Assembly: GCA_008632985.1 (NCBI GenBank)
Contig: QPGO01000052.1
Coordinates: forward strand, 310,001-374,000
Direction of reading: 5' to 3'
DNA from: Psammoneis japonica
Lineage: Eukaryota
DNA length: 64,000 nucleotides
Positions 62,491-64,000 of this stretch are shown here, in pieces; the first letter of the stretch is position 1; the number at the start of each line of letters is the position of its first letter. A model generated the notes under the pieces. It was not told the DNA's origin. It searched no databases and was given only the letters and a program-made list of their open reading frames with translations. A program made the translations under genes and the position numbers.

Positions 62491-63642
62491 CTATTTATTG
62501 TAGGGTGGCGTACAAGAGTGCTCGCGACAAAGATGCTGTACACTGGTCGAAATGGCGTTGCTCCACTTCTTCTTTTTCTTGCCTTTGCTGCCGCTTCTCC
62601 TGTCGACCGATCCCTGACGTTGAGAGCCAGTGTCGTCGTCTAGCAAGAGTAGATGATCGCCATAACCAATGCGCTTCCTAGATGCACGCAGCAACATGTC
62701 AATGGCATCATTCGATGCCGCCTTCCATTCATCCGATGCCAAAGTTGGAAAGAAAGTTAGACCCGACACTGCTTCAAGATCCTTCCAGCACACCACATAA
62801 TCTCGGAGCGTTGGCCGATCACGGAGATCACTTGCGCTACAAGAACTATCATCGTTAGGGATCACGAAGCAAGCAAATTTAGCGATCCGCGCCCCACACT
62901 TCTCGTCTACTGGACTCTCGTTCTTCGATTCAACAACAACTACTACTTTGAAAAAGTGCGTGGGGACAGCCAACAACGACGGTGGCACCCCCAGGCCGCA
63001 AAAACTGTATTCGAATTTGCGATCCCCCAATTTCCGCTTGGGCAACCACAGAGGCCCCGAGACAACATAGGTTTCTTGCTGGCTTCTCTTTCCTTTTGAA
63101 CAAGAACGCGCCACATTTCTAGTCCATTCTTCCAACTGAGCCCATAACTTTCGGTTCAAGTCGGGATGTTGCGGTGCCACATTTATCAAATTGTACGAGT
63201 CCCTTGCATCAGCATGCTCTTCGTCGAGGAAATCAGCAGCAGCCGCCACATGACCACGGTCGAAACCAGAGAGGTGGTAGTGAGAGTTCCTCGAGCGGAA
63301 GTGCTCAGGAAGTGATGCCTCTTCGAAAAAATTATGGCGGCGACGTTTCTTTTGTTTGCCGTCACGGAGACTCAACCGCTGCAGAACATACAAGGGAGTT
63401 CGCGTGCGTACGTCGAAGGCGATTTCTACGTTAGAGTGGGGACGATAAAGTCGAATCGGAGGAAGTGGCGAGAATAACGGATCGTTCATCTTTGTAACCG
63501 CGGCCTTTGCTGTGTCGCCTGGTGTCGTCCCCGATTCCAAACGCCACGCTTCAGCTTTCGCAGTTTTGCTTCTCAATCCCAATGGGAGAAGCAGGGGAAA
63601 CACGGTGCTCCAAGATCGAGCCTGTGCAACAGAGAAGCTCAT
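62491..63642 (-). CDS. DNA/RNA non-specific endonuclease (EndoG/Nuc1-like)
   Basis: SGFDRGH, NVAPQHPDLNRKLWAQLE, YVVSGPLWLP, VPTHFFKVVV, LEAVSGLTFFP. Confidence 0.92.
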   Translation of the reverse strand: MSFSVAQARSWSTVFPLLLPLGLRSKTAKAEAWRLESGTTPGDTAKAAVTKMNDPLFSPLPPIRLYRPHSNVEIAFDVRTRTPLYVLQRLSLRDGKQKKRRRHNFFEEASLPEHFRSRNSHYHLSGFDRGHVAAAADFLDEEHADARDSYNLINVAPQHPDLNRKLWAQLEEWTRNVARSCSKGKRSQQETYVVSGPLWLPKRKLGDRKFEYSFCGLGVPPSLLAVPTHFFKVVVVVESKNESPVDEKCGARIAKFACFVIPNDDSSCSASDLRDRPTLRDYVVCWKDLEAVSGLTFFPTLASDEWKAASNDAIDMLLRASRKRIGYGDHLLLLDDDTGSQRQGSVDRRSGSKGKKKKKWSNAISTSVQHLCREHSCTPPYNK

Positions 63643-64000
63643 GATCAACACAATAAGATAGAGAAACTTCTAGTCCGTATTCGATGATTCATTGAGGTAG
63701 CTTGGGAGCTTCGTGGAACGCACGAATATCAAATCTTGATCGTGAGTTCAGCGCAGTGATGACAGTCCCCGTTCCTGCTCAAAATTTCTCCCTAGCGGGT
63801 TAAGGGGGTTCTCGAGAGGAAAGCTGTAGATAAATGGATTGTCAACCAAGCACCATGCGGGGTGCCAACACACAATACCGGTACATGTACTTACCGTAGA
63901 CGAACTATAACTGAAGCTGCCAAGGGCTGAGGGCCGAGGGCAACCAAGATAAAAGAGCCGATCGCCGATCTGATCAGCCGAGCGATCTGGTTATTGTTCC

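Noticed and set aside
62491..63642. EndoG-like nuclease or the macro-domain gene as the machinery behind the mutator
   Set aside because: Both belong to widespread families, and proximity in a eukaryotic genome is not evidence of a link. No deaminase or methyltransferase gene is visible in the window.

Overview
Eukaryotic DNA, most likely a pennate diatom. The evidence is short GT-AG introns, a bipartite plastid-targeting presequence on phosphoglucomutase, CoDi-type Ty1/copia remnants and an M11 gametolysin-like gene. The left ~27 kb alternates between ordinary genic DNA (PGM, RPC4, two orphan ORFs) and three blocks of decayed transposon DNA (~1-1075, ~4650-11750, ~17280-27170). These blocks have lost almost all TpA and many CpG dinucleotides and are rich in TpG/CpA. 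Three comparisons point to TpA being converted to TpG or CpA on both strands: copia protein motifs, two LTR copies and a tandem repeat at a block edge. This is a transposon-restricted A:T to G:C hypermutation, opposite in direction to fungal RIP. It is the main candidate for an undescribed system; I cannot check the literature here. The 29-37 kb region holds several pseudogenes, including a fused M11 peptidase/DUF1336 locus. The 37-64 kb region is gene-dense: SNAPC3, an FG-GAP-like protein, an M16/bc1 core-like protein, MAD2, ISCU, TMEM234, bifunctional fucokinase, two tandem copines and an EndoG-like nuclease, with more frameshifted pseudogenes between them. All dinucleotide counts were made by eye and are approximate.
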